DNA of 50,801 bases, from the NCBI GenBank assembly GCA_052386995.1, contig JBQTJP010000067.1, forward strand, positions 1 through 50,801, given 5' to 3'. The translations under genes were made by a program, and so were the position numbers. Shown here piece after piece: positions 39,202 to 49,723 of this stretch; positions within the stretch are counted from its first letter, which is position 1, and each line of letters begins with the position of its first letter. This DNA comes from Armatimonadota bacterium. Lineage in GTDB: Bacteria > Sysuimicrobiota > Sysuimicrobiia > Sysuimicrobiales > Humicultoraceae. Below the pieces are notes generated by a model. It ran no database searches. It saw only the letters and a program-made list of their open reading frames with translations, and was not told the DNA's origin.

Positions 39202-41451
39202 ATGCCGAAGTTCTACATCACCACGCCGATCTACTACGTCAACGACGTGCCGCACATTGGGCACGCCTACACGACAATTGCCGCCGACGTCGCCGCGCGA
39301 TTCCATCGGCTCGCCGGATGGGACGTGTTCTTCGCCACGGGCACCGACGAGCACGGCGTCAACATCGAGCGCGTTGCGCGCGCGAATGGCGTTGCTCCGC
39401 AGGATTGGGCCGACCGGATCTCGCAGGCCTTCCGTGTGCTGTGGGGACAGCTCAACATCGAGTACGATGGGTTCATCCGCACGACCGACGCACGCCACGC
39501 CCAGGTCGTGCAGCGCGTCTTCGCGCGCCTCTACGAGCGTGGTGACATCTACAAGGGGACCTATGAAGGCTGGTACTGCCCCTCGTGCGAGTCGTTCTAT
39601 CCAGAGAGCGAGCTTGGACCGAACCGCACGTGCCCGATCCACACGACCAGGCAGGTCGAGTGGAACTCCGAAGCGTGCTATCTGTTCCGCCTCTCCAAGT
39701 ATCAGGACTGGATTCAGGCGCATATCGAGCGCCATCCGTCGTTCATCGAGCCGTCGGCGCAGCGCAACGAAGCGCTCAGCTTCGTACGCTCGGGGCTGCG
39801 GGACATTGCGGTCAGCCGATCGACGTTCAAGTGGGGCGTGCCGCTGCCGTTCGATCCGAGCCAGGTCGCCTACGTCTGGATCGACGCGCTGATCAATTAC
39901 ATCACGGTGGCCGGGTTCGGCGATGATGACGCGCGGTTCCGCCGGCTCTGGCCCGCCGATGTGCATCTGGTTGGCCGCGACATCCTGCGGTTCCACTCGG
40001 TCATCTGGCCCGTCGTCCTGCACGCGGCGGGACTGGAGCCCCCGGGGCAGGTCTTCGCCCACGGCTTTCTGACCTTCGGGGGGCAGAAGTTCAGCAAGTC
40101 GCAGGGGATTATCCTCGATCCTGTCGCGGTGAGCCGCGAGCTGGCCCAGGCCTCAGGCGCCGAGCAAGGCGTGGCCGTTGACGCCCTGCGGTATTTCCTT
40201 CTGCGGGAGATACCCTTCGGCGCCGACGGAGACTTCAACCAGCCGGCGCTGATCGGCCGGTTCCACGCCGATCTGGCCAACGACTACGGGAATCTGTTGA
40301 ACCGCACGCTCCCACTCGTGGTGCGCGACTTCGGCGGTGTGTTGCCGGCCCCGGGTCTCAGCGAGGGGACCGACCGCGCGCTGAAGGACCTGGCCCCGGA
40401 AGTGGTTCAGGCGACCTTCGAGCACATTCGCAGGTTGAACTTCAGCCAGGCGCTGGCGGAAATCTGGCGCCTGCTGGCGGCATCCAACAAGTATCTTGAT
40501 GAAGAGGCTCCCTGGACGGCGAAACGACAGGGGCGTGCGGGCCGGGCGGGCACGATCCTCTATAACACGCTGGAAGCGCTTCGCATCGCGACGATCCTGC
40601 TTTCCCCCGTGCTGCCGACGGCGGCGCAGCGCGCATGGGAGCAGCTCGGCATTCCCGATCCGCTGAGTGTGCAGCGGCTCGATGACGCCCGTCGGTGGGG
40701 AGCCCTCCCTCGCGGTATCCCGGTCCGGGGAGGTGACCCGATCTTTCCGCGGATCGAACCCCGGCCAAAGGTCGCGATCGCCGAAGCCGAAGCGCCTCGA
40801 GCGACGCCGGAAGCGCCGCCCGTGGCGCCGGCACCGGCGGCTGCGCCACCTGCACCCGCGGCGGCGGCAATACCGACGCCACCAGTGCCGTCTGGTGCTC
40901 CAATCCCCTCCGCTCCAGCCGCGCGCACCGTCGACGCACCGCGGACGCCGCCTGCTCCAGAAGCGGCACCCGCCGCCGGTCCACCCGCGCCGCCCCGCGT
41001 TCCCGTCGCCCAGAAGCCTGAAGGCGCGCAGCGAACACCCGATGCGGCGCCGGCAGCCGTGCCTGCCCCGATCCCCCAGCCATCACAGCCGGTCGCTGTT
41101 CGAAAAAGCGCGGAGCCTGCGGCGGAGGTGACCATCGACGAGTTCAAACGTTTGGATATTCGCGTGGGCGAGGTGATCGCGGCCGAGCGCGTTGCCGGCA
41201 CCGACAAGCTCGTCAAGCTCACCGTAGACATCGGCCACGACACACGGACGCTCGTGGCCGGTATCGCCACGCACTACCAGACCACCGATCTCGTCGGCCG
41301 CCGGATCATCGTGCTGGCAAATCTCAAGCCTCGTCAGGTACGCGGCGTGGAATCCCGCGGGATGCTGCTCGCGGCGACCTGGGGTGACGCCGGCAACGTC
41401 GCTATTCTCAGCGTCGATGCGGACGCCCCCAAGGGCGCCACAATCTCATAG
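39202..41451 (+). CDS. metG: Methionyl-tRNA synthetase with Pro/Ala-rich linker and C-terminal tRNA-binding domain
   Basis: FYITTPIYY, HIGH, GTDEHG, CPSC..CPIH knuckle, KFSKS, C-terminal LDIRVG...NLKPRQVRGVESRGM. Confidence 0.97.
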   Translation: MPKFYITTPIYYVNDVPHIGHAYTTIAADVAARFHRLAGWDVFFATGTDEHGVNIERVARANGVAPQDWADRISQAFRVLWGQLNIEYDGFIRTTDARHAQVVQRVFARLYERGDIYKGTYEGWYCPSCESFYPESELGPNRTCPIHTTRQVEWNSEACYLFRLSKYQDWIQAHIERHPSFIEPSAQRNEALSFVRSGLRDIAVSRSTFKWGVPLPFDPSQVAYVWIDALINYITVAGFGDDDARFRRLWPADVHLVGRDILRFHSVIWPVVLHAAGLEPPGQVFAHGFLTFGGQKFSKSQGIILDPVAVSRELAQASGAEQGVAVDALRYFLLREIPFGADGDFNQPALIGRFHADLANDYGNLLNRTLPLVVRDFGGVLPAPGLSEGTDRALKDLAPEVVQATFEHIRRLNFSQALAEIWRLLAASNKYLDEEAPWTAKRQGRAGRAGTILYNTLEALRIATILLSPVLPTAAQRAWEQLGIPDPLSVQRLDDARRWGALPRGIPVRGGDPIFPRIEPRPKVAIAEAEAPRATPEAPPVAPAPAAAPPAPAAAAIPTPPVPSGAPIPSAPAARTVDAPRTPPAPEAAPAAGPPAPPRVPVAQKPEGAQRTPDAAPAAVPAPIPQPSQPVAVRKSAEPAAEVTIDEFKRLDIRVGEVIAAERVAGTDKLVKLTVDIGHDTRTLVAGIATHYQTTDLVGRRIIVLANLKPRQVRGVESRGMLLAATWGDAGNVAILSVDADAPKGATIS

Positions 41452-41550
41452 GCGAAAATCAGGCGACGCACCTCTGGCCCAAACGCCAATGACTGAGGGC
41501 CCACATCCCGGCGTGGGCCCCCAGTGTTCCTAACGTGCTCCTGAGTACTC

Positions 41551-41766
41551 TCAGGAGGTCTTGTGAACCGTCTCGCTCATCAGCACGCTGTCCAACTCGC
41601 GCTCGATCTGTTGACGGGTCGTGCCATACTTCTCCTGGATCTTGCCGACCAGGATGTCGTAGTTCCCCTCAATCTGATCGAGCTCATCATCGGTCAGCTG
41701 GCCCCACTTGGCCTTGATGTGGCCGCGCAGCTGCCGCCATTTGCCCTTCAGCTCATCTTTGTTCAT
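41551..41766 (-). CDS. CsbD/YjbJ family stress protein
   Basis: KGKWRQLRG.IK.KWG.LTDDEL....G....LVGKIQEKYG. Confidence 0.92.
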   Translation of the reverse strand: MNKDELKGKWRQLRGHIKAKWGQLTDDELDQIEGNYDILVGKIQEKYGTTRQQIERELDSVLMSETVHKTS

Positions 41767-41813
41767 CGTTCACCTCCTTGACCGAATCTTCCGTCTAACT
41801 GGCACCGAAATTC

Positions 41814-41839
41814 TTACCCTGTTCACCGCGCGCTCAAAC
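41814..41839 (-). promoter_or_regulatory. SigB/SigF-type promoter of the csbD-like gene
   Basis: GTTT-N16-GGGTAA. Confidence 0.7.
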
Positions 41840-41840
41840 G

Positions 41841-44042
41841 CTACATGACCCGCACCTGGCGAAGCGCGAACATCTGGCCGTTCGATTTGGCCAGGACGGC
41901 CTTTGTCGTGGCGGGTTCCGATCGCCGGCCGGCCTGATCGATCGCGACGGCCGTGATCGTGAGCTCGGCGTTGGGGATGCGGATGGGGTCGTTGAATGTC
42001 ACCGACCAGTTGCCCGACGCGTCCGCGGTGGTCGTGGCCTGGCCGTAGGTGCCCCTCAGGCTGAAGACCAGCAGCGAGCCCTGATAATCGACCTGGACCT
42101 CAACGCGGCTGCCGGGCGCGGCCGTGCCGCGGATGACGATGGGGCTCCCGAGGCGAGCTCCCGCCGCGGGAGCGGTAATCACGGGTCGTGCCACCTGCTC
42201 CGCGACGAATGTGAGCCGCGCGCTGGCTTCTGCCTGACTCGTGGTCGCGCCCCTGGTGAGCCTCACAATGATACGCGCGTTCTGGATGGCCTCGCGCTCC
42301 CGGGCTCGGACCCGATGGGTGCCGAAGTAGTTACCCGGCTGATCGCTGGCTTCGGTCATGGCGATATTCTCTTCAACGCCCTCAATCGTGAACGACGCCT
42401 GACCGCCCGGCGTGCCCACCATTCTGACAGTCAGGACATCACGGGGACGGAGCGGGGTCGTGGGATGAACGGTGACCGACTGAATCAGCGATGCCTGCGG
42501 CACGCCGGTACTGAAGGCATACGCTTCCTCCATCACGTTGCCGGCCTTATCGGCCAGGATGACGCGAACCTGGACCCTCCCGCTCAACGGTTCTGGCGGG
42601 TTGTAGGCCATGGCGGTCTCGGTCATCGAGGTCTGGGCGGTCACGTCGCGGCCGTTGACGATCAACCGGCTGGTCGCCGGGTTGATGCCCGAGGCCCCTT
42701 GATCCTCGAAGGCGATGAGGATGTTAGGCCGCAGGTTGGTCACCGTCGTGCCCCGCTCGGGAAACCGCTGGACAATGCGCGGCGGCAGACTGTCGATGGT
42801 GACCGGGGTTCCGGCCTGCACGAGCGGGGCTTCCTGCCCGTTTACGCGAAGCCGGCCGACGACGACGGCGTCGGCGACGCTGTCCTGTGTGCGAACCGCG
42901 TAGACCCCCTGATAGACGCCCGGCGCGATCTCGCGCATCGGGACGCCCGAGGCCACGCCGAAAATGTCAAAGGTCGCTGTGCCACCCGGGCTGCCCCGGA
43001 GGGTCACGGTGAGACTCGACCCCGCGCGGAGCGGGGCTGTGGCGGTGTGGACGAACGACGTGATCCGGACACCACCGGCCGGAGGCTGGGGCTGGGGTGG
43101 CTGTGCCTGCGCCACCTGGGCGTTCACTGTCAACACCTGCCTGGTCTGCGGGTTGAGCGTGAGGGTGACGTCCATGCCCGCCCGGAGCTGCTCGCGGGCC
43201 GCCTCGCGGCCGTTCACCGCGAACCGCACGTCATCGGCGAATGTGAACACCGTTCCATCTGAGAGGGCGATTGACCGGCCGGTGATGGCGTCGATCTTGC
43301 CGGCTACCTCACGCACTTCCACGCGGATCCGCATGGCGCGGCCGTTTGCATCCGCGGCGACCCGAACGAAATCTCCCTGCCGGACCTGGTCGAGGCTAAT
43401 CGCGCCGCCACGTTCGGTCCCCACATCGATACGGATGATCGCCGTGTTGGGGGTAATCACAAACGTGTGAATCGCGCCATCGCGCTCAACGAGAATTCTC
43501 GATGCCGCCGCATCGACGCGCAGCACTCTGCCCTCGATGACCAGTCGCTCTGGCGGGGCGGGTGGCTGTGCCGGCGGCGGTACAGGCTGCCCAACAGGAG
43601 GTACTGGGATCGGCTGCGTCCCAGAGGAGACATATACTACGCTGGCGGCGGGGTCCCAATCTACCCGAGCCCCCATCGCCTCGCTCACGAAGCGCAGCGG
43701 GACCAGCGTTCTCCCTCGGACAATCATCGCGGGCACGTCGAGCATGACGACGCTGCCGTTGACGACCGCCTGCCGGCTGCCAATCACCAGTTGCACCTGT
43801 GTGCCGGCGCGTTGCGCTACGACGAGATTATTCGCAGGGTGCCAGTCCACCGTGGCGCCGAGCTGCTCAAACACGCCTCGCAGCGGCACCAGGACACGTC
43901 CGCCTATGATCATCGGCGGCTGGTCGAAAGCGACCATCTGACCGTCGACGAGCACGCGCACGGCTTGCGCGCGAGCCGGTGCGAGCGGCACAGCGGTCAA
44001 CAAACTCAGGCTTACTAGTAGCACGAACAAGCGCCTAACCAT
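41841..44042 (-). CDS. Exported copper-amine-oxidase N-terminal (stalk) domain protein with beta-rich C-terminal domains
   Basis: Signal peptide, GRVLVPLRGVFEQLGA and GRTLVPLRFVSEAMGA repeats; SD AGGAGG. Confidence 0.85.
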   Translation of the reverse strand: MVRRLFVLLVSLSLLTAVPLAPARAQAVRVLVDGQMVAFDQPPMIIGGRVLVPLRGVFEQLGATVDWHPANNLVVAQRAGTQVQLVIGSRQAVVNGSVVMLDVPAMIVRGRTLVPLRFVSEAMGARVDWDPAASVVYVSSGTQPIPVPPVGQPVPPPAQPPAPPERLVIEGRVLRVDAAASRILVERDGAIHTFVITPNTAIIRIDVGTERGGAISLDQVRQGDFVRVAADANGRAMRIRVEVREVAGKIDAITGRSIALSDGTVFTFADDVRFAVNGREAAREQLRAGMDVTLTLNPQTRQVLTVNAQVAQAQPPQPQPPAGGVRITSFVHTATAPLRAGSSLTVTLRGSPGGTATFDIFGVASGVPMREIAPGVYQGVYAVRTQDSVADAVVVGRLRVNGQEAPLVQAGTPVTIDSLPPRIVQRFPERGTTVTNLRPNILIAFEDQGASGINPATSRLIVNGRDVTAQTSMTETAMAYNPPEPLSGRVQVRVILADKAGNVMEEAYAFSTGVPQASLIQSVTVHPTTPLRPRDVLTVRMVGTPGGQASFTIEGVEENIAMTEASDQPGNYFGTHRVRAREREAIQNARIIVRLTRGATTSQAEASARLTFVAEQVARPVITAPAAGARLGSPIVIRGTAAPGSRVEVQVDYQGSLLVFSLRGTYGQATTTADASGNWSVTFNDPIRIPNAELTITAVAIDQAGRRSEPATTKAVLAKSNGQMFALRQVRVM

Positions 44043-44078
44043 GATCGTGATCCTCCTTGGTGGTCTCGTACGAGGCGA

Positions 44079-44312
44079 TCAGCCGCCGTTGCGCTCTCGC
44101 AACAACTCAAGCATCGCCTCCAGGGTCTTGATCCGCAGTCTACGATCGCTGATCAGCCCGTGTTGATCCTCGCTCCACGCGAGACGATCCATGATCGCCC
44201 CGTCGTCGATGTCCGTCAAGCTGGGCGTGAGCCGGCCCGTCATCAGCCCCAGATCGCGCTTGTACCGCTCGAGCGCCTGCTCTATATGCGCGATGCGCTC
44301 TGGCTGATGCAT
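44079..44312 (-). CDS. Small helical hypothetical protein
   Basis: SD GGGGAGG; preceded by GTTT-N16-GGGTAA (44352-44377). Confidence 0.6.
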   Translation of the reverse strand: MHQPERIAHIEQALERYKRDLGLMTGRLTPSLTDIDDGAIMDRLAWSEDQHGLISDRRLRIKTLEAMLELLRERNGG

Positions 44313-44486
44313 CGGCCGCATCACCTCCCCAAGGGCAAGTCTTATTTGGACTTACCCAGGACCGGCGGTACGCAAACCAGTATCAGCCTCACTTCTCGGT
44401 ACGCGGGGACCGACGTTTCGCCCCACAGCCCGGCGGGGGAAAACCGGTGTGGGTAACAGGAGCAGGCGGAGTGGCGGAGAAGCGAA

Positions 44487-44957
44487 ATGGCAAAGACCCT
44501 ACACTCGGAGCAATCAGGCGATTCCGGGCAGCGCGTTTCGGAATGGAGGACTCAGGTGGGCGACTACGGGTCTGGACCTCAGTCGAGCACTGAGGTCGAA
44601 CGCATTGAGCTGACCATTCCTGCCCGGCCCGAGTATATCGCCGTGGTGAGGCTGGCCGCGGCCGGGGTCGCGGGTCGGACCGCGCTCTCCTTCGACGACA
44701 TCGAAGACCTGAAAATCGCCGTCAGCGAGGCCTGCACGGCCGTCATTCTCGGTGGGGATCAGCAGGTGCACGTGCGGTTCGAGGTCGCCCCCGACCGGTT
44801 GGATATTCGGATCGCCCATGGCCGGCCGCCCGCCGATGTCCCCGACGAGGAACGGGAGATGCGCCTGCTCTTAATGCGGTGCCTGATGGACGACGTACGC
44901 ATGGAGGTCGACGGCCGAGATTACGTAACCTGGATGACGAAGCGCCTGCCCGGGTAG
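44487..44957 (+). CDS. RsbW-like anti-sigma factor with degenerate ATP-binding motifs
   Basis: IELTIPARPEY..VVRL...DIEDLKIAVSEACT...LMD; directly upstream of the sigma gene. Confidence 0.8.
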   Translation: MAKTLHSEQSGDSGQRVSEWRTQVGDYGSGPQSSTEVERIELTIPARPEYIAVVRLAAAGVAGRTALSFDDIEDLKIAVSEACTAVILGGDQQVHVRFEVAPDRLDIRIAHGRPPADVPDEEREMRLLLMRCLMDDVRMEVDGRDYVTWMTKRLPG

Positions 44958-44962
44958 CGCGC

Positions 44963-45727
44963 ATGAGCGCCCGCACGCGGTCGACGCCGAAGGACCGCGA
45001 GGCCCTCCGCCGGCTGTTCAATAGATACTGGCGCACGAAGGACTCCGCGCTCCGCCAGCAGCTCGCCGTGGCGCACGACAACCTGGCGACGTTTCTGGCG
45101 CGGAAGTTTGCCGAGCGAGGGGAGCCCCTGGAGGACCTGATGCAGGTCGCTCAGATCGGCCTGCTCGGGGCCATCGACCGGTTTGACCCCACCCGCGGAT
45201 TCGAGTTTTCCACGTTCGCGACCTCCACCATCCTGGGCGAGATCAAGCGATACTTCCGCGACAAGTCGTGGTCCATTCACGTCCCGCGCCGCTTGCGCGA
45301 GCTCAACAACTCGCTCATGCGCACCGTAGAGACCCTGGGGCATGAACTCGGGCGATCGCCGACGATCCCCGAGATCGCCGATGCTGCGAAGGTCCCGTTT
45401 GAAGAGGTCGTGGCGGCACTGGAAGTCGGTCAGGCATATAACCCTGTGTCCCTGGACGCGGAACCCGCCGGAGGTCCGGACGACTCACCCGCCTTGAAAG
45501 AGCAGGTCGGTGGCCCGGACCCCGAGCTGGGGCGCATGGAAGATCGTCACACGATCGACCGGGCCTTGAGCAAACTGCCCGAACGCGAGCGGACGGTCCT
45601 GAGAATGCGATTTTACGAAGAACGCTCGCAGGCGGACATCGCCCGGCATCTCGGGATCTCTCAGATGCACGTCTCCCGCATTCAGCGCGAGGCCTTGCGG
45701 TTCATGCGGGCGTTGATGAGCGACTGA
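44963..45727 (+). CDS. SigB/SigF-family sigma factor
   Basis: EDLMQVAQIGLL.AIDRFDP.RG.EFSTFA..TILGEIKRYFRD, SQMHVSR. Confidence 0.93.
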   Translation: MSARTRSTPKDREALRRLFNRYWRTKDSALRQQLAVAHDNLATFLARKFAERGEPLEDLMQVAQIGLLGAIDRFDPTRGFEFSTFATSTILGEIKRYFRDKSWSIHVPRRLRELNNSLMRTVETLGHELGRSPTIPEIADAAKVPFEEVVAALEVGQAYNPVSLDAEPAGGPDDSPALKEQVGGPDPELGRMEDRHTIDRALSKLPERERTVLRMRFYEERSQADIARHLGISQMHVSRIQREALRFMRALMSD

Positions 45728-48700
45728 CTACGGCGCTCCGGACGCGACCCGGTCGATCACCCACGTCATTTCTACGACGGTTCCGGTGGGTCCGGTAGTG
45801 ACAGTCGCGCTGTCTGTGAAGCCTTTGATGATCCGCGTGCCCCGGCCGCGCCCACGATCGACAGGCTGCCGCCACCGGCCGGCGTCGCGAACGATGATCA
45901 TCAGACGGTCTGCCTGCCGCTCGCCCTGAATGGTCAGCGTTCCCTGCCTGCCGTCGTACGCATGCTCGACAACGTTGAGTGCCGCTTCCCCGACGGCGAT
46001 GACCACTTCCTCGGTGCGTTCGGGGGAAATCCCGACGCGCCCGGCATAGGCTCGGATGGCCCGTCTGACCTTTCGAAGGTTCGCCGGAGCCGCGCGGAGG
46101 GAGAAGAAGAGCGGAGCATCCACGGGAAGGGAGTCAACGACGAGAACGGCGATGTCGTCCTGAGGCGACCCTCCGTTCAAGACCCGCTCAAGCAGCGCCT
46201 CGGTCGCGCGTCCCGGGGGCTCGGGAGCCGTCGCGACCGCGGCTTCCTGAAGACGCCGTTCGCCTTCCAGGATATCCCGGGACGCTTCGATGAGTCCATC
46301 GGTGTAGGCGATCAGGCGGCTACCGGGCTCGAGGACAAGCCGTGCCGGTTCGTACACAATCGTCGGGGAGATCCCTAGGAGCGGTCCAGTGGAGTCCAGC
46401 GCCTGCGCGCGGCCGTGGGCGACGACATAGGGTGGGGGATGCCCCGCGCCCGCATACGCCAGGGTCCCCGAGAACGGATCGAACACTCCAATCCACACGG
46501 ACAGCTGAAGGCTTTCGGGCAGCATTGACAAGAATCGGTTCGCGGCCATGAGGATCTCGTGCGGCGCCCGCTCCTCCAGAGCAAACGCGCGGATCACGTT
46601 TCGAACCTGGCCCGTAATCGCTGCGGCCGGAACCCCGTGCCCTGCCACGTCGCCGACGCTCAGAAGCACCCGGTCGTCGCCAAGCAGTGCCGCATCGTAC
46701 CAGTCTCCGCCGATGTTGGCCTCAGGATCCGCAGGCCGGTACAGCGCTGCAACCACCATCAGGGGGGCTTTAGGGAGTTCGGTTGGGAGCAGGGCCCGCT
46801 GTAGCGTTTCAGACAGTTCTCCCGCCCTGCGCTGCACCTCGTCAAAGAGCTGGAAACGCGAAATCGTGATCGCGAGCTGGTCGGCAATAGGCTGTACCAT
46901 GCGCACGTGCTCTTCCGTATAGAACCCCTGAACGTGGTGGCCGAGGTTCAGCGTCCCGATTGTCCTGCCGCCGACCGATAGCGGCACGATAACGTACGAC
47001 CGGATACCCGCGGCTCCGGCCCGGCGATCTTCCTCGAACTCGTCGGTCGCCGAAGCATCGTGGCGTACCAGGGGCTGCTGCGTGTCCAGGACCCAGCCCG
47101 GGGCCGTGCCGGCCGCCGGCATTTCGAGAAGCGCCCGGGCGCTCGGGCTTGGTCCTTTGACATATGGGGTCACCACGACGTCGGGCGTGGGGCTCCGCAG
47201 CGAGACGGTGACCCAGGTGTACGGAAGGAGTAGTTGCAGCGCCTCGGCAAACTCGTCGAAGACGGCCCCAAGATCAGGAGCGCTCGCGGCGATGGCGATG
47301 ACGCGGGCAATCGCGCGCGCCCGGCGGGCCTCACGCTCCGCTTGATCGCGCGCGCTCTGTTCGGCCGCATACAGGCGCGCGTTATCGACCGCGAGCGCGG
47401 CGCGGCGGGCGACTTCCTCGATCAGTGCCAGATCCTCCTGACCGTAGCGCCGGCCGGATTCTGACGTGACAAGTGTGATCACCCCAAGAGTATGTCCCCT
47501 GGCGATGAGCGGCACGATCATGTAAGATCGGGCGCCCACCTGGCGGATGGCCTCGATGTGGTCCGTGTCGCGGGCGACGGCCAGCAGCAGCGATTCGGGA
47601 ATGTCCGGGACGAGCTCGGCTTTTCCGGTGCGCAACACCCTCAGCATGGGATGCGTGTCCGGATCGCGCGGGTAGCGGCGCTGCAGCTCCGTGGCCATCG
47701 CGACTTTCGCCGCGTCCTTGTGGACGATCGCGACATCGCGGAGGGTCTGGTCTTCCTCGACAACCCCGATCGCGCACCAGTCGGCCAGGACGGGCACCAT
47801 CAGCCGGGCCAGCTTTTGCAGGATGGTTTCATAATCGAGCGAGCCCGACAGTTCAGTCGTGGCTTCGATCAGAAACCGCTGCGCCTGCTCCGCTCGCCTG
47901 CGCTCGGTGATGTCGCGCAGGGTCCCCGTGAAGATCGGCGGTCCGTCCGAAGGGATACGGACAATCGACAGCTCGACGGGGAACTCGGTGCCGTCGGCCC
48001 GCATGGCGGGCATGTCGAGGCGCCGGCCGAATACGGGGCCCTCGCCCGTCGCAAGATAGCGGGCCAGCCCCGCGCGGTGCTGTGCGCGCAGGGACGGTGG
48101 GATGATGAGCGCGGCCATCTCTTTCCCGAGCACATCAGCTCGGCTGTAGCCGAATGTCCGTTCCCCGGCGGGGTTGAACTCAACGATCTTCCCCTCATGA
48201 TCCATCGTGATGATGCAGTCGATAGCGGTGTCGAGAATCGCGCCCTTGCGGGCCTCGCTCTCGCGGACCTCCGCCTGGATGCGCCGTCGCTCGATGAACT
48301 GCCCGATCTGACCGCCGATGACGGCGACGGTCCGCAGCAGGCTTTCATCCGGCGGCAGAATCTCAGGGCTGAAGAACTCGGCCACGCCCATGACCCTGTC
48401 GCCCACCAGCACGGGGAAGCCAAAGGCGCCGTGAAGGCCATCGCGAGCCGCAAACGGCGCCCGCGGAAAGTTCGCATCTTTCGTCACATCGCGAATCCAG
48501 GCTGGCTGGCCGCTGGACCAGACGCGGCCGGGCAGACCAACGCCGGGGACAAACGTCCGCCCCCGACTGATGGCGTCGATCTCGGGGACCGCAGATGACG
48601 GGGCGGTCCACGTTTGCTTGCAGCGAAGGATCCCGGCGTCCTCGTCCACGAACCAGAAGGCGGCCCACTTCCATCCCAGGCCCTCGCCGATGGCCTGGAG

Positions 48701-49723
48701 GATTCCGGGCAGCGCTTCCTCCAGGGTGCCAGCTTCGGCGAGTACACGGCTGACCCGATACTGGATGGCCAGGCGCTGTTCGGCCCGTGCCCGCGCCTCG
48801 GTCAACCGGGCGTTTTGAATCGCCGCGCCTGCCCGTTCGGCGATCAAGGTCGCCAGCCGGAGATCCTCGACATCCCAATGTCGGGGGGTTTCCACTCCGG
48901 CAAAGAGAAGGCCGATCGTCTCGCCACGAAATCGAATGGGCACGGCCAGCCCGCCCCACGTGTTCAAGCGCGTGAAGAACTCACCGAAAGCCGGGACATT
49001 CTCGCCGAGTTCGCGGGCCTGGGGATCGTCGGGATAGACGGGGACCGGCCCGGGGCTTTCAAGGATCTGCGCAATGACAGGGCTGTCTTTGAGAAGCGGC
49101 GCCTCCTCGAGCGCCTTGCTGAGCCGGCCGACTTTCTCCGCGTCACGGTGATACAGCCCGGCGATTTTCAACAGCAGGCCGTCTGCGTCCACCAGCTGGA
49201 TCGCGCACCACTCACCCAGGAACTCCGTACACCGTCTCGCGATGATGTCCATCAAGGCAGGCACGTCATGCTGCCTGGCAAACTCCACCGTCATCGCTGA
49301 GACAAGCCGTTCGTGACGCTCCCGCCGCTGCGCTTGCATCAGGTCGCGGCGCAGCCGATTCTGGTAGCGTCTGTACTGGTCGCCCGCTCCGGCGATGATG
49401 AGGCCGCTGATCAGAAAGAGCACGGAGGGAACGGCGTCGGCCTGCAACTCGTGCAGCGTGATGCCAGGAGGGCCTACAAAAAAATAATCGAGGAAGAGCG
49501 TGCTGACGACCGCCCCGGTCAGCCCCGCGAGCAGGCCGCCGAGATAGGCAACGAACAGCAGGGCGGGCATATAAGGGAAGCTAAACGGGAAGTCGTAGCT
49601 GAGCCGAATGAGCCAGGCGATGCTCGTGACCAGCGCGGGTATCAGGATCCCGAGCGCGAGGGCCAGGATGATCCTGGCCAGGGCCACGAGCGGCTTTACT
49701 TTTTGAGAGGTCCCTTCGCCCAT
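45728..49723 (-). CDS. Membrane sensor with GAF/PAS domains, SpoIIE (PP2C) phosphatase and C-terminal HATPase
   Basis: N-terminal TMs, several GAF domains, PAS (FNPAGERTFGY), GGDWYD, GDVAGHG, YTDGL, DD, then EAALNVVEHAY..DAG..GRG. Confidence 0.9.
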   Translation of the reverse strand: MGEGTSQKVKPLVALARIILALALGILIPALVTSIAWLIRLSYDFPFSFPYMPALLFVAYLGGLLAGLTGAVVSTLFLDYFFVGPPGITLHELQADAVPSVLFLISGLIIAGAGDQYRRYQNRLRRDLMQAQRRERHERLVSAMTVEFARQHDVPALMDIIARRCTEFLGEWCAIQLVDADGLLLKIAGLYHRDAEKVGRLSKALEEAPLLKDSPVIAQILESPGPVPVYPDDPQARELGENVPAFGEFFTRLNTWGGLAVPIRFRGETIGLLFAGVETPRHWDVEDLRLATLIAERAGAAIQNARLTEARARAEQRLAIQYRVSRVLAEAGTLEEALPGILQAIGEGLGWKWAAFWFVDEDAGILRCKQTWTAPSSAVPEIDAISRGRTFVPGVGLPGRVWSSGQPAWIRDVTKDANFPRAPFAARDGLHGAFGFPVLVGDRVMGVAEFFSPEILPPDESLLRTVAVIGGQIGQFIERRRIQAEVRESEARKGAILDTAIDCIITMDHEGKIVEFNPAGERTFGYSRADVLGKEMAALIIPPSLRAQHRAGLARYLATGEGPVFGRRLDMPAMRADGTEFPVELSIVRIPSDGPPIFTGTLRDITERRRAEQAQRFLIEATTELSGSLDYETILQKLARLMVPVLADWCAIGVVEEDQTLRDVAIVHKDAAKVAMATELQRRYPRDPDTHPMLRVLRTGKAELVPDIPESLLLAVARDTDHIEAIRQVGARSYMIVPLIARGHTLGVITLVTSESGRRYGQEDLALIEEVARRAALAVDNARLYAAEQSARDQAEREARRARAIARVIAIAASAPDLGAVFDEFAEALQLLLPYTWVTVSLRSPTPDVVVTPYVKGPSPSARALLEMPAAGTAPGWVLDTQQPLVRHDASATDEFEEDRRAGAAGIRSYVIVPLSVGGRTIGTLNLGHHVQGFYTEEHVRMVQPIADQLAITISRFQLFDEVQRRAGELSETLQRALLPTELPKAPLMVVAALYRPADPEANIGGDWYDAALLGDDRVLLSVGDVAGHGVPAAAITGQVRNVIRAFALEERAPHEILMAANRFLSMLPESLQLSVWIGVFDPFSGTLAYAGAGHPPPYVVAHGRAQALDSTGPLLGISPTIVYEPARLVLEPGSRLIAYTDGLIEASRDILEGERRLQEAAVATAPEPPGRATEALLERVLNGGSPQDDIAVLVVDSLPVDAPLFFSLRAAPANLRKVRRAIRAYAGRVGISPERTEEVVIAVGEAALNVVEHAYDGRQGTLTIQGERQADRLMIIVRDAGRWRQPVDRGRGRGTRIIKGFTDSATVTTGPTGTVVEMTWVIDRVASGAP

